Origin: a virus
Length of the DNA stretch: 64,000 nucleotides
Strand: one strand, 5' to 3'
IMG/VR virus record: IMGVR_UViG_3300010367_000050
Span: 16,509 to 80,508 of that record
The number at the start of each line of letters is the position of its first letter. Within the stretch, counting starts at the first letter, position 1. Position numbers and translations under genes: made by a program. The notes under the pieces were generated by a model. That model saw only the letters and a list, made by a program, of their open reading frames with translations, searched no databases and had not been told where the DNA came from. Below are positions 1 through 9,536 of the stretch, one piece after another.

Positions 1-1219
1 TACCAACGCGGTTTTTTAGCCATACCAATCTGGCTTTGTCCTCTTCAGCTTCTTTCTTGGTCTGATTAATGGACGCTAGAGCGTCAGCAGTAGCCAGCTT
101 GGTGAAATCTCCAGCGATGTCATCTCCCATGGCTGTCTCCTTATTGACACCGCCTCTGTTCGTCTGAGTGACTGTGGCTCCAGCCAGATTCATGGAACCG
201 CACAACCCACGTAGTTCCACACCTAACCAGGCCAACTGTTTGACCTCATCTTTGATGTGTGTAGGCATCTCTAGCAGGTCCAAATAATCCAGTAGAAGCA
301 AGTCTACATCAAAGCCATCCCTGGCTTTTAGCAGCATCAAGTGAGCTCGCAAGCCAGAAATGGAAAGTTTGTGAGCCGGGAACTCCTTGATGTAGACATC
401 TGCTCCAATGTTCTTCCGCAGATTCTTCATCCACTTGGACAGTTTCCGTTTGCCTTCTTCAGTCAATCCGGCTAGATCGTCATCTGTTTTACCCAATAGG
501 CATTGATCATACCGGCCTCTGGTAATGTTCATAGCCAATTCCAGAGTGATGTGAGCTACCCTCTTACCACGCTTGGCTGCACCAGTGCCTATGTTTATGA
601 GCCAATTGGTCTTACCGACGTTGGGAGCAGCCATGAATATAGCCAATTCGCGCTTGCCTAGTCCTCCACGCAAGGGTCCGTCGACACAATCGAATCCTGT
701 TGGAACCACTACACGTGATTCCTCAATGGTCTGACGGGTGTCAGCATCGGCAAGGAGATATGTGCCCTTGCCATCCACTTCTGCTCCTATGGTCTGGGCT
801 TTTTGAATGCGGGCTGTTACCTCGGAGAACTTGCCATTCTGAATGTCTTCAACAGATTCCAACAAGGCTTCTTTCATAGCCTCTCGTTGGCAAAACCCAA
901 TCAGAGTATCCTGGATGAACTCCATTTGCTCAGCAGCATCATCCTGGAGATCAGTGACAATGTCAAGCAGCAGATCGAAATCGTCAGCCGCGCTTTTCTT
1001 GTTGGACTTGTCAAAGTACGTATGGGCCTGGTCGTAGATAGCCATACGTGACGGGTGCTTTTGATACTTGCGATAGTGCTCCAGGATGAACCGGCAGAGA
1101 TGTTGTTCACTTGGAGTCTCAAAATATCTTGGCTGAATCACACTCGAAGCCAAAACAGAGAACTCCGTGCTAACCATCATCAACGAGAGCACGTGATGTC
1201 TAAATGCGTCAGTTTTCAT
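1..1219 (-). CDS. Replicative DNA helicase, DnaB/T4 gp41-like (SF4); 3' end runs off the window
   Basis: Not in the ORF track; translated by hand from ATG at 1219 (MKTDAFRHHVLSL...). Contains VPTGFDCVDGPLRGGLGKRELAIFMAAPNVGKT (Walker A), HITLEL, YIKEFP and LLLLDYLDLL (Walker B). Confidence 0.92.
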   Translation of the reverse strand, partial: MKTDAFRHHVLSLMMVSTEFSVLASSVIQPRYFETPSEQHLCRFILEHYRKYQKHPSRMAIYDQAHTYFDKSNKKSAADDFDLLLDIVTDLQDDAAEQMEFIQDTLIGFCQREAMKEALLESVEDIQNGKFSEVTARIQKAQTIGAEVDGKGTYLLADADTRQTIEESRVVVPTGFDCVDGPLRGGLGKRELAIFMAAPNVGKTNWLINIGTGAAKRGKRVAHITLELAMNITRGRYDQCLLGKTDDDLAGLTEEGKRKLSKWMKNLRKNIGADVYIKEFPAHKLSISGLRAHLMLLKARDGFDVDLLLLDYLDLLEMPTHIKDEVKQLAWLGVELRGLCGSMNLAGATVTQTNRGGVNKETAMGDDIAGDFTKLATADALASINQTKKEAEEDKARLVWLKNRVG

Positions 1220-1979
1220 AGTCGTTCCACTTCAGTGGCCCATGTTCTGTGATAGCAATCATCAGGGCTTCCAGGCAAGCTCCCTGTATGACTGAACTGC
1301 GGTTGAACCTCTTCAGCTGGTCTTGAATCCTGGGATTGTCAATGATTCCAGCCTCAACTAACTCTCTAAACTCCGGATAACACAACAAGTACCAGGACTG
1401 AACTTGAGGATACAGGTACCACAGAGCCTCTGCCAGTGACGGCGTTTGAAGCTCTATCAACCTGTCCGACCACTTCAAGGCTTCCACGTGACCCTTGGAT
1501 ACTCTGTTTCTCAGGTTGCGTTCCAATGAATTGGTTACAGCCTTCTTATCCTCCGTCCGGATAAACTTGCGTTCCTGTCTCTTCTCCCAATCCTCATATC
1601 GCTTCTGCGCCGACTCTCCGAAGCAATGATACAATGTGAAATACTGGATGCGGATACAATCAGCCTGCGCGAGCATCCATCTATCAATGTCAATATTACT
1701 GGCAGTTATGTAATTCAATAGCGCCAATGCTGTAGGAGTGTACTTCCCGCCTACATAGTTTTCTGGAGTTTTGAACGGTGGAAGGTACCCACGTTTCTTC
1801 TTGAGATACGCAATTTTATTGAATGACCTAGACACTAACCCGTAGTTGTGTGTAACACGGAGGGCATGTATGTAAGTGGTCCTGATGTCTTTGGGAATCT
1901 TAGATTTGCGAAGCTGTGACAAGTGCTTTAGTCGGATAGTCTGCTCTTTGCGAGCCTGGTTCCAGGGGTGCGGTGTCAC
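1209..1979 (-). CDS. Hypothetical protein overlapping the helicase start (possible replication accessory/loader)
   Basis: 256 aa ORF with a basic N-terminus; function inferred from position only. Confidence 0.7.
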   Translation of the reverse strand: MTPHPWNQARKEQTIRLKHLSQLRKSKIPKDIRTTYIHALRVTHNYGLVSRSFNKIAYLKKKRGYLPPFKTPENYVGGKYTPTALALLNYITASNIDIDRWMLAQADCIRIQYFTLYHCFGESAQKRYEDWEKRQERKFIRTEDKKAVTNSLERNLRNRVSKGHVEALKWSDRLIELQTPSLAEALWYLYPQVQSWYLLCYPEFRELVEAGIIDNPRIQDQLKRFNRSSVIQGACLEALMIAITEHGPLKWNDYEN

Positions 1980-1994
1980 TTCTTGCCTCTTGCT

Positions 1995-2570
1995 CTAAGT
2001 AACGGGTTGGGAGTCTAAAGAGACCGCTGCCACTTTCTCAATATACTTCCGGAGTGAGATTAGTTGGAAGAAAAGCCAATCATCAAAGGAAAGGTTGCTT
2101 CCAGACTCCTTGTACTCCAGTTCAATCTTCTTGACCCAGTGCTTGACTTCTTCAACCTCTGTAGGCTTGAACTTCATGGGATTCCGCTGTTGATTCAAGC
2201 AGTCCATCGCTACACGAGCCCGCTTGTCCAAGAGTGTTTCCCACTCCCGTACGAGGTTGGACACCACAATACGCCGATCCAGGGTTGTGTTCAAGTCCAA
2301 CCACTCCTGAACATAACCGGCGCTTTGGTCTTTGTGACACAGTTGAATGTCCACAGGCTGTAGAGGCTTGTTGTTAGTGTGAACAAACAGGAAGATATCA
2401 CACTCACCCATCAGTCTCTCACGATCTTCGTCTGTGAGCTTCCAGCGTGTTGCCACGAGTCCAGCCGGGCTTCTGAGAGCAGGCAAGGGTGTGAACTCGG
2501 GTTGGTCTTCAGCATAGACAACTTCATACGGTTCAAGACCGGTGACGACAGGTGATACTGGATTTGGCAT
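1995..2570 (-). CDS. Phage hypothetical protein
   Basis: Start moved to MPNPVSP at 2570 (AAGGAG SD). N-terminal AEDQPEFTPLPA...RWKLTDEDR resembles a recurrent phage domain of unknown function. Confidence 0.75.
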   Translation of the reverse strand: MPNPVSPVVTGLEPYEVVYAEDQPEFTPLPALRSPAGLVATRWKLTDEDRERLMGECDIFLFVHTNNKPLQPVDIQLCHKDQSAGYVQEWLDLNTTLDRRIVVSNLVREWETLLDKRARVAMDCLNQQRNPMKFKPTEVEEVKHWVKKIELEYKESGSNLSFDDWLFFQLISLRKYIEKVAAVSLDSQPVT

Positions 2571-2806
2571 TTCATCTCCTTGTGAAGCAAGCCACGAAGT
2601 GGCGAAGCTTAGTGCGAAGCACACAGGCCCTATTTTTCATTTATGAAAAATAGAAACATATAAAACATATCCCTGTTATATAACCGGGGGCCAATAGTTT
2701 CCCGCGCCTAGGGCGCGTCCGAGGCGCGCGCGGCACTCAACCCCCAGTCAGTGTATTACGTGAGAATTCGATAATCGATCTATTACAGTACGATAATCGG
2801 ACGGCT

Positions 2807-3067
2807 CTATGGCCATGTGAATTTCTTGCAGAACTCATCAAGGTTGCGGACGAATGTATCGCCGTCAACTCCAAAGAGGCTCACAGACTTATATACCACA
2901 TAGTCCTTGCCTTCGCGTGCACCATTGTCGGCGCAGACCGCAAGATGAACAACCATGTACCGGTTATTGCTTTTGATGTGACGAAAGAACAAACCTTCGT
3001 TGACGTCTACAGGTTTGAGGTGATCAGGTTTTGGGGTGGGTTTGTCTTTTGGAGCTTTCTTGGGCAC
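2807..3067 (-). CDS. DUF1653-like protein
   Basis: GTG at 3067 with AAAGGA SD; FRHIKSNNRYMV...YVVYKS...TFVRNLDEF pattern. Confidence 0.8.
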   Translation of the reverse strand: MPKKAPKDKPTPKPDHLKPVDVNEGLFFRHIKSNNRYMVVHLAVCADNGAREGKDYVVYKSVSLFGVDGDTFVRNLDEFCKKFTWP

Positions 3068-3068
3068 G

Positions 3069-4523
3069 TTACATCCTTTCTTGTAGATAAGCGTATACGT
3101 CCGGTGGCAAGGACGGGAAGCCCTCTGCCATCTTGAAACCTTTTGTAGACTCAATAATGATTTGGCGACCTCTGGAGTGCTTGGCACATACAGAGTTGAA
3201 CTCATCGTCAAAGTCCACATACCAGGCTGTCTTGTTGCCTGTGTTATTCTGGCGAAGTGTTCTGCCAATAGACTGTTTGATGCTGATCTCGTTACAACCT
3301 CCACCAGCATAGATAAGTGCTTCAATGTCAGGAACATCTATGCCAGTATCAAAGATGGGAGTGCATATACAAGCAAACTTCTCTCCTGACTCCAATCTCT
3401 TCAGAGTCTTTACACGGTTGCTTGCTTGACTATGAGTTAGGGTTGCTCCAGGGTAGTGTCTGTGTATACGCTTTCCATGATCAGTGTGCCTTACCAGCAC
3501 TACAGTCTGTCGTCCTGTGGCTACAAAGGCTTCAGCTAACAAGGCCACAAGTCTGTTGCGCTCGTCAGCCATCTCCACTACACCCCAGTCTAATCCATAC
3601 TTGCAGGTGGAAGCTAGGCGAGTAAGGTTCACAGGTAGAAAGACCGCATTTAGATTTGCGCTGATTCCTCTCTCGATAAGCGTATCATTCCCGAGGTTGG
3701 CTAGAACCGGACCCGTAAGACCCAATACGAAATGCTTCTGAACATTACCCTCTCGGAAGGGCGTACCCGAGAAGCCTACGCGCACGTCGCCCGTAGTGCC
3801 TTCAACCGAATTGAAATACCTATCGTCGGATAGGCAGTGACACTCGTCAGGGAACACAAACTCTGCGTCTTTCAAGAATCGAATGGTCTTGGAGAGCTTT
3901 GGAGTTTTCTTTCGCTTGGCTATGGTGTGGTACATAGCAACAGTGATATCGTCAGGCTGGAACGTTCCATCTCCAACAATTCCAATGTTACGTTCCAGAG
4001 CAAACGAAAGCCTGTGAGCTGTCTGAGTCAACAACTCCTTACGAGGAACATACACCACACCCTTTTGAAATTTGCCAGCCTTTATTGTGCCGGCCATGAT
4101 CTCAGTCTTGCCGCCGTTTGTGGCAACCTGAATGACACCTCTGCTGTATCGGAGAATCTTCCACACGGCTTCCAGCTGATAATCGCGGAGTTCAATCTGA
4201 CCCAGCTTGGGATGGGGTAGGACAAGCTGTGCTATGGACTCCACAGCCTTGGGCTCGGGATAACCTATGACCTCAACATCGTGCCCGTTCTTGCGCAGAA
4301 CGGTGACAGCTTTGGAGATCAATCCGCTGTAGAACTTGCCAGTCTGTAGAGAGAAGAAGTGCTGTTTGCCGTCCCACATTCCACTCTGGTACAAGGGACT
4401 GAAGAAGTAACCTTCCTTATGGAATGACAAATTATCATCCAACAGCTTGTAGGCATGCCGGAGGTCTCGTGGGTCATCGGCGGATAGCTCAGACCTCACA
4501 CGGTCATATGTGATTGTGATCAT
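3069..4523 (-). CDS. SF2 DExH helicase, UvsW-like
   Basis: ELRDYQ, ATNGGKT, DECH, SGT, TGIDVPDI and QSIGRTLR motifs. Start placed at MITIT because the longer ORF overlaps a terminator. Confidence 0.92.
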   Translation of the reverse strand: MITITYDRVRSELSADDPRDLRHAYKLLDDNLSFHKEGYFFSPLYQSGMWDGKQHFFSLQTGKFYSGLISKAVTVLRKNGHDVEVIGYPEPKAVESIAQLVLPHPKLGQIELRDYQLEAVWKILRYSRGVIQVATNGGKTEIMAGTIKAGKFQKGVVYVPRKELLTQTAHRLSFALERNIGIVGDGTFQPDDITVAMYHTIAKRKKTPKLSKTIRFLKDAEFVFPDECHCLSDDRYFNSVEGTTGDVRVGFSGTPFREGNVQKHFVLGLTGPVLANLGNDTLIERGISANLNAVFLPVNLTRLASTCKYGLDWGVVEMADERNRLVALLAEAFVATGRQTVVLVRHTDHGKRIHRHYPGATLTHSQASNRVKTLKRLESGEKFACICTPIFDTGIDVPDIEALIYAGGGCNEISIKQSIGRTLRQNNTGNKTAWYVDFDDEFNSVCAKHSRGRQIIIESTKGFKMAEGFPSLPPDVYAYLQERM

Positions 4524-4574
4524 TTTTCCGTCCCTAGGAATAGGGACGATTTTGGGAGTGTAAAGGTTTTCTGG

Positions 4575-4603
4575 AAAAGAGAAAAGGCCCACAACCGTGG
4601 GCC
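4575..4603 (-). terminator. Intrinsic terminator after the lysis cassette
   Basis: GGCCCAC-ggtt-GTGGGCC followed by TTTTCTCTTTT on the minus strand. Confidence 0.8.
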
Positions 4604-4609
4604 AATCCC

Positions 4610-4816
4610 TTATGACTGTTGGTTGAGATCAGCCTCAGCCTTGGCAATCTCAGAATCAGCAAAATCTACGATCTGGTTTGCTTTGGTCTCAGCCATTTTG
4701 TGGAAGTCATCAAACGATAGTGCCGTCTGACCCTTTACAGCCTGGTTTGCTTTGTATTCAGCGTACAGCTGAACGGCCAGGGTAACGGCAGCAAGTACAA
4801 GCTGCTGTGTATTCAC
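4610..4816 (-). CDS. Small lysis-cassette protein with hydrophobic N-terminal helix
   Basis: 68 aa, AAGGAGG SD, last gene before the terminator. Confidence 0.75.
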   Translation of the reverse strand: MNTQQLVLAAVTLAVQLYAEYKANQAVKGQTALSFDDFHKMAETKANQIVDFADSEIAKAEADLNQQS

Positions 4817-4828
4817 GAGCCCTCCTTG

Positions 4829-5299
4829 TTAGTGGTTGGACAGCTGGACAACAGTGGAGATGGTGTTGAAGCCCAGCTGAATGGACGAAAGCAACTGGTT
4901 GAACTTCGCCAGGGAGTCCGGGTCCAAGCCGCCGACGGAGTTGACGATGACTTGAATATCAGCCAGACCTTGAGCAACTTGTGTACGAATGTCAGCCGCA
5001 CTCGCGTGGGACTTGATCAATCCGCTGAGTACAGGCTCCATCTGGCCGATTTTCTTGAAGGCTGATTGGATGACGATGTGATCCTGTGGCTTGATCAACT
5101 TCAGGGAGTACACGTCAGCTTCAGCCTGTTGAGCCAGTGAAGTGTAATTCATGACGTCATTCAGAACCGATTCGGCCTTGGCATAGGGGTCAAGGGTTGG
5201 GGCAACAACTCCAGTTGTGGAGGTGGAAGCCCGGTGAGCGCAACCGACTGTCGAGAAGACCAGAACGGCTGTAATGGTCAGGGCAAAAATCCTGCGCAT
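4829..5299 (-). CDS. Lipoprotein, spanin candidate
   Basis: MRRIFALTITAVLVFSTVG-C lipobox, helical body, downstream of endolysin and holin; AAGGAG SD at the revised start. Confidence 0.75.
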   Translation of the reverse strand: MRRIFALTITAVLVFSTVGCAHRASTSTTGVVAPTLDPYAKAESVLNDVMNYTSLAQQAEADVYSLKLIKPQDHIVIQSAFKKIGQMEPVLSGLIKSHASAADIRTQVAQGLADIQVIVNSVGGLDPDSLAKFNQLLSSIQLGFNTISTVVQLSNH

Positions 5300-5312
5300 G
5301 GGTTGCTCCTTG

Positions 5313-5672
5313 TTATTCGTATTTGGGAATTTCCCTGGACAGACCCTTGGGAAGCTTGGAGTCCAGGAAGTCCAAGACATCGTCGGCCAGATACCCGGCG
5401 AACACCGCGGTCAGCTTTGTGATGGGAGCGGCGTATGTCAATGTGATACCAGCCCAGGCAAACAACTTGTTGGCGAGTGTTGGGTCCCCCACGTAGATAA
5501 GAAACAGACCCAGGAAGATGCCGAAGCGGATCACAAGCGGCACCCATAGCTTGATGAACCACGCTCCCATGGAAGGAGAAACGCCAGCCTTGACAGCGTT
5601 CTGCGCTCCCTTGAGACAGTGAAAAAGGAATCCCAGCAGCAGTAGCAGGGACAGAATGACGAGGTTGTTCAT
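5313..5672 (-). CDS. Putative holin
   Basis: 119 aa with about 3 hydrophobic segments and a charged C-terminus; adjacent to the endolysin. Confidence 0.65.
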   Translation of the reverse strand: MNNLVILSLLLLLGFLFHCLKGAQNAVKAGVSPSMGAWFIKLWVPLVIRFGIFLGLFLIYVGDPTLANKLFAWAGITLTYAAPITKLTAVFAGYLADDVLDFLDSKLPKGLSREIPKYE

Positions 5673-5685
5673 TATGATCTCCTTG

Positions 5686-6264
5686 TTAGATTGTGGGCCT
5701 TGTGTCAGCCCGTCTCAACCACCCATTCAGAAAAACCTTCTGCGTTGGGTCTCGTGCGACGATTGCGTTGTAATGGATTTTAGCCACTTGTACCAAATTG
5801 GTGTAAACCTGCTCTGGCGTGCACAGGTGAAGAGTGCTCAGAGTGGTAGGCCCGAGGTCTCCATCCAACGTGAGATGAACGCCAGAGCAAGCAGTGATGG
5901 CGGTCTGTAGCATAATCCTGCCAACCTTGGGTCCACAATTGTATCCCAGATCGAAGGTCTTCACTGCTAACAGAGGGTCCATCTGCTCGAATGCAGGTAC
6001 ATAAAATTTCAGTACCTTTGCAATTTCTCTAACATCAGAGCGACTCAGCTTGCGCAGATCATCAATGTCTACATCACCGTCTCCGTCCTTGTCAAAGGAC
6101 ACTGCAAAGTGATAAGCCATAGCGACCTTGCTGGCGTTGATCAAAGTTTGAAGGGTGACCCCCATCATTGTAGGGCCACCCTTGTCCAGAGGGTGATTTG
6201 AAAAACCACCCTCTATGTCCGGCCTCAGAGTGAAATCAAGGCACTTGTCCAGTATGTCTGCCAT
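5686..6264 (-). CDS. Endolysin, glycoside hydrolase family 108 with C-terminal peptidoglycan-binding domain
   Basis: EGGFSNHPLDKGGPTMMGVT (GH108 signature), FDLGYNCG, DGDLGPTTL, FLNGWLRR. Confidence 0.93.
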   Translation of the reverse strand: MADILDKCLDFTLRPDIEGGFSNHPLDKGGPTMMGVTLQTLINASKVAMAYHFAVSFDKDGDGDVDIDDLRKLSRSDVREIAKVLKFYVPAFEQMDPLLAVKTFDLGYNCGPKVGRIMLQTAITACSGVHLTLDGDLGPTTLSTLHLCTPEQVYTNLVQVAKIHYNAIVARDPTQKVFLNGWLRRADTRPTI

Positions 6265-6273
6265 GTTATTCTC

Positions 6274-6876
6274 CTAGTGCATTTGAGACAGGGAGTGGGT
6301 GTAGAACCGGAAGAGTAGCACGCACACAGTGATTACAAGTCCCAGCGCAACAGAGGCAAACACGACAAGCGCACCAAACACCTGTGTAACCAATATGGCT
6401 CCGATCCCTCGCTGTACAAGCTTCTCGTGCTTGTTGAGGTCCATACGGAGTTCGTGATGACCTCTCATCATATCTTCACGAAGCTTTTCAAGAGCTTGCT
6501 CGTTCTTCTCCATGCGCCGCTCGTTGGCTACGTGCATTTCTATTGTTTTTTCTTCTTTGTCTTTCACCATCTTCTCCACGAGGAATTTGGTGTCAACATT
6601 AGCTTGTTGCCAGCCTTTGTCGTAATGCTGACGTCTGGCTGGTTCCCCCTGAATGAAGGACTCAACCTTTGAGGCCCAACCTTCAACCTTGGCAGTAAGT
6701 TCATCAATCTTGCCTGTCAATACTTTCTCAAGTTTAGTCAAAAGTCCATCCGTCCCGCTGTGATCAAAGAGCATATTCATCCGCAACTCCGTCTCAGCTT
6801 GAAAGGTTTTCAGGCTCTCGATATCTTTGTCATGAGATATGTCGAGTGAACGCCCGCTGGCTCTGGTTGTGCCCAT
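6274..6876 (-). CDS. Coiled-coil protein with C-terminal membrane anchor (lysis-associated?)
   Basis: 200 aa, heptad-rich body, long hydrophobic C-terminus, immediately upstream of the endolysin. Confidence 0.7.
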   Translation of the reverse strand: MGTTRASGRSLDISHDKDIESLKTFQAETELRMNMLFDHSGTDGLLTKLEKVLTGKIDELTAKVEGWASKVESFIQGEPARRQHYDKGWQQANVDTKFLVEKMVKDKEEKTIEMHVANERRMEKNEQALEKLREDMMRGHHELRMDLNKHEKLVQRGIGAILVTQVFGALVVFASVALGLVITVCVLLFRFYTHSLSQMH

Positions 6877-6907
6877 TGTAACTCTCCTCTAAAGCATCGC
6901 CTGCGAA

Positions 6908-7765
6908 CTATTGAACGTCAGTCTCATACCAGGATTGGCTTAGATACGTTGTGGTGCCTCCGCGATTGATCTGATACCACCAACCAGCAGGCACCATACA
7001 CCGGAATCCAACTGGTTGATTATTTGTGGTAGCTCCATATTGATTCGCGTCTATTCTCATAGAGGGAAAGCTTGGACCTACAGTACAGTCAACCCAAGAC
7101 CAGTTGGAACCATTTACGTTGAACCACCCTGATACAAAAATCATGTGGTTGGTGTTATTCTGATACGGAACCCCTGACCCGCGTGAACCACTCACGTCGT
7201 GAACATTTCCACCGATAACTGTGGGGGCTGGCGTGTCACAATTAGCTGATCCAGTGGTAGTTACTCCAGTAGCGAATTGACCAGCGCTGCACTGGTTAGG
7301 TGGATTGGCCAAAGCAGACGCGGTGTTAGCTGTATTGGCACTCCCAGCAGTCGTAGCGTTTCCGGCGTTCGTTGCATTGTCTGCGTTATTGGCGTGTCCA
7401 GCGTTTGTAGCATTTGCTGCATTCGTCGCATTCGTAGCGTTGACGGCATTCGTAGCGTTTGTAGCAGTTGTGGCACTGCCCGCACTACTGGAGTAGTCCG
7501 CGTTGGTAGCATGACCAGCGTTGGTAGCGGAACTTGCGTTTCCATTCAGTGAACCATTGAACACAGACGCTGTAACACTCGTTGCCACGTTCAAAGCATT
7601 AGCTACCAAGCTTGTAAACCCGCCGCTTGATGGCACGTTGTTACCGATTGGAGTGCTGTTGATCTGTGAAAGAGTGAGGTCCACTCCGCGTTGAGGAGTC
7701 AACCCAAAGGCAACTCCCAAGACAACGAGGATAACGGTAGCTCCAAATAATGTCTTGTTACGCAT
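6908..7765 (-). CDS. Tail fibre-like protein with N-terminal signal peptide and NAT repeats
   Basis: MRNKTLFGATVILVVLGVAFG leader; INSTPIG...GGFTSL fibre motif; (N-A-x)n repeats; beta-rich C-terminal head. Confidence 0.75.
   Translation of the reverse strand: MRNKTLFGATVILVVLGVAFGLTPQRGVDLTLSQINSTPIGNNVPSSGGFTSLVANALNVATSVTASVFNGSLNGNASSATNAGHATNADYSSSAGSATTATNATNAVNATNATNAANATNAGHANNADNATNAGNATTAGSANTANTASALANPPNQCSAGQFATGVTTTGSANCDTPAPTVIGGNVHDVSGSRGSGVPYQNNTNHMIFVSGWFNVNGSNWSWVDCTVGPSFPSMRIDANQYGATTNNQPVGFRCMVPAGWWYQINRGGTTTYLSQSWYETDVQ
7320..7545 (-). repeat. 9-nt period coding repeat (NAT/NAx tripeptides) in the fibre shaft
   Basis: ATNAGHATNA...ATNATNAVNATNATNAANATNAGHANNADNATNAGNATTAG. 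Confidence 0.85.
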
Positions 7766-7774
7766 AATGTCTCC

Positions 7775-8677
7775 TTAGATGGCTGTCATAGCCGTGAGAG
7801 GGTACAATTCCAGGTTGTCATGAGCCTTGAATTTCTGCTGCGATCTACTGTTGGCATCTGGAGCGACAAGGCCGAACCCGTGAACTGTGCCGGGGTTGGC
7901 AACGCCTCGGTTACCTAATCCGTCCTGTTGGAATATCAGGGTGATCTCCATACCTTCCTTCAGGTTGCTGAATCCGAAGGTGGCTACATCACTTGATAAC
8001 AGGATATGGAATGTTCTTCCCAGAGAGGCGTCCATAGTCATACCGGTAGCACCATTCACGTGGACTGTGGTTTCCAGTAGCTTTGCGGTCAACAACGCGC
8101 TGGTGATGAGGGCCAGGATAGCCGGGATGGACTGGAAGAATTGTGTGCGTTCAAACTTGATTTGATCAGCTGTGATAGCTGTTTGCCCAAATTCTCGCTT
8201 GACATCGCAAAGAAGACTTCCCACGAATCCGGCTGGGGGAGCTACTGGGTACACCGGTTCGTAGTCTTCATCGCCGACGACGAAAATGTATTGAACGTCG
8301 TCGTATGTTCTGTAGTTGATTACGTCACCCGCAGGAGTGGTGAGGGGAGTATCTGAAGTTTGCTTCGGGCAAGCGTACACTGTGACCCAGCGAGATTTAC
8401 CGGCTGCTGACACTGTGCCAGTCTGGGATAGATCGAGTGCCGTTGCCAGTGATGTTACCACTATGGTTCCGTCCTCCAGTACAATCTTGCCCGGCTGGAC
8501 TAGCACAGACATGGAGTTGACTGGAGTGGTAGGAAGCGTTCCGAACCCATTGACGATGCCTTTGTTTCCAAATGACACGAGGACATCACGGATTCCATTC
8601 TGAGGAACGGTCTCCACGGCTGTCATGTCTGGTACGCCGATGAGTTGTTCAAAATAGTAATTGTGCCGTTCCATCAA
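7775..8677 (-). CDS. Baseplate-attached tail fibre/adaptor protein
   Basis: Follows the KPA-ending wedge gene; GIVNGF...SVLVQPG N-terminal module; C-terminal TLIFQQDGLGNR module seen in fibre proteins. No signal peptide. Confidence 0.7.
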   Translation of the reverse strand: MMERHNYYFEQLIGVPDMTAVETVPQNGIRDVLVSFGNKGIVNGFGTLPTTPVNSMSVLVQPGKIVLEDGTIVVTSLATALDLSQTGTVSAAGKSRWVTVYACPKQTSDTPLTTPAGDVINYRTYDDVQYIFVVGDEDYEPVYPVAPPAGFVGSLLCDVKREFGQTAITADQIKFERTQFFQSIPAILALITSALLTAKLLETTVHVNGATGMTMDASLGRTFHILLSSDVATFGFSNLKEGMEITLIFQQDGLGNRGVANPGTVHGFGLVAPDANSRSQQKFKAHDNLELYPLTAMTAI

Positions 8678-8686
8678 ATCTCCTCG

Positions 8687-9445
8687 TTATTGAAAGACAA
8701 AGCGCCAGTTGTACCTGGCGGGCTTCATGAATTCCACAATGGTAGCGATCTCATCCAACAGATTGTCGTTGGCTCCAAACATGAAGTAGGGGTCCGCGTA
8801 CAAGTCAGTGACTTCATCTGCAGACACAGTCCTATTCCAAATTCTCACGTATTCCAAAGCTGGATTGTTGTAGAAACTTTCCAATTCAGGAAGGTCTGAA
8901 AACTTTGAGATCGTAAGAAATCTGGCAGCTGGAGACTGAGTATCCGTTAGAATTCCATCGATGTAAGTGAATTGCCCAATTCCGGGGTCTTGTGAGATCA
9001 CAACATGGCGTTGGTGATCAGAATTATCCCACGCTAAATACTCGATGGAGTATTTGCCGGCCAGGAAAACGTCCTCAGCTAAATTAGCATCGGCTCCCGA
9101 GAAGTCAATTCTCAGCGCAGGCCTCGCATCGGTTCCTACTGTAACCCAAGTTGCACCAGAACGAGTCGCGGTGTTCCCGCCAGCTACATCATCAGCATTT
9201 CCTGCACCTTCCCATAGGGGCCAAAATTGCGGTATAAACTCTAATGATGGACCCTGCGCTATGGTCAGACTGGATGACGCGGGTTTAGCCCCGGCTATCC
9301 TACGCTTGACATAAACAATGAAAGTTGGAGAGTTGGGGTCATACAGAATTGTAGCCCCTTCTTCGACAGGGGGCGAAGAAGGGTCATAACCACCCCACCC
9401 ACCTTGACCCCAGCCGCCTTGACCCCATCCAATATTTGGACTCAT
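8687..9445 (-). CDS. Baseplate wedge gpI-like C-terminal half with LamG/concanavalin-like insert
   Basis: Ends IATIVEFMKPARYNWRFVF (gpI-type KPA motif); RHVVI...TYIDG...YVRIWNRTVSADEV is LamG-like; starts GWGQGGWGQGGWGG. Confidence 0.65.
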   Translation of the reverse strand: MSPNIGWGQGGWGQGGWGGYDPSSPPVEEGATILYDPNSPTFIVYVKRRIAGAKPASSSLTIAQGPSLEFIPQFWPLWEGAGNADDVAGGNTATRSGATWVTVGTDARPALRIDFSGADANLAEDVFLAGKYSIEYLAWDNSDHQRHVVISQDPGIGQFTYIDGILTDTQSPAARFLTISKFSDLPELESFYNNPALEYVRIWNRTVSADEVTDLYADPYFMFGANDNLLDEIATIVEFMKPARYNWRFVFQ

Positions 9446-9451
9446 GTGTAA

Positions 9452-9489
9452 CCCTCGGTTTGAAGTATATCACAATCTCAAACCGAGGG
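9452..9489 (-). promoter_or_regulatory. 12-bp inverted repeat covering the SD of the 9445 gene, with an extended -10 element in the loop
   Basis: CCCTCGGTTTGA-N14-TCAAACCGAGGG; the minus-strand loop reads TG-A-TATACT. Confidence 0.6.
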
Positions 9490-9536
9490 GTAGTTGATTC
9501 AGAATTACAGGCAACGCTGGTTACCATTGCAACAGG

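Noticed and set aside
7320-7545. Tandem repeats as a possible CRISPR or DGR element
   Set aside because: 9-nt coding periodicity with no spacers; no cas or reverse transcriptase gene in the window.
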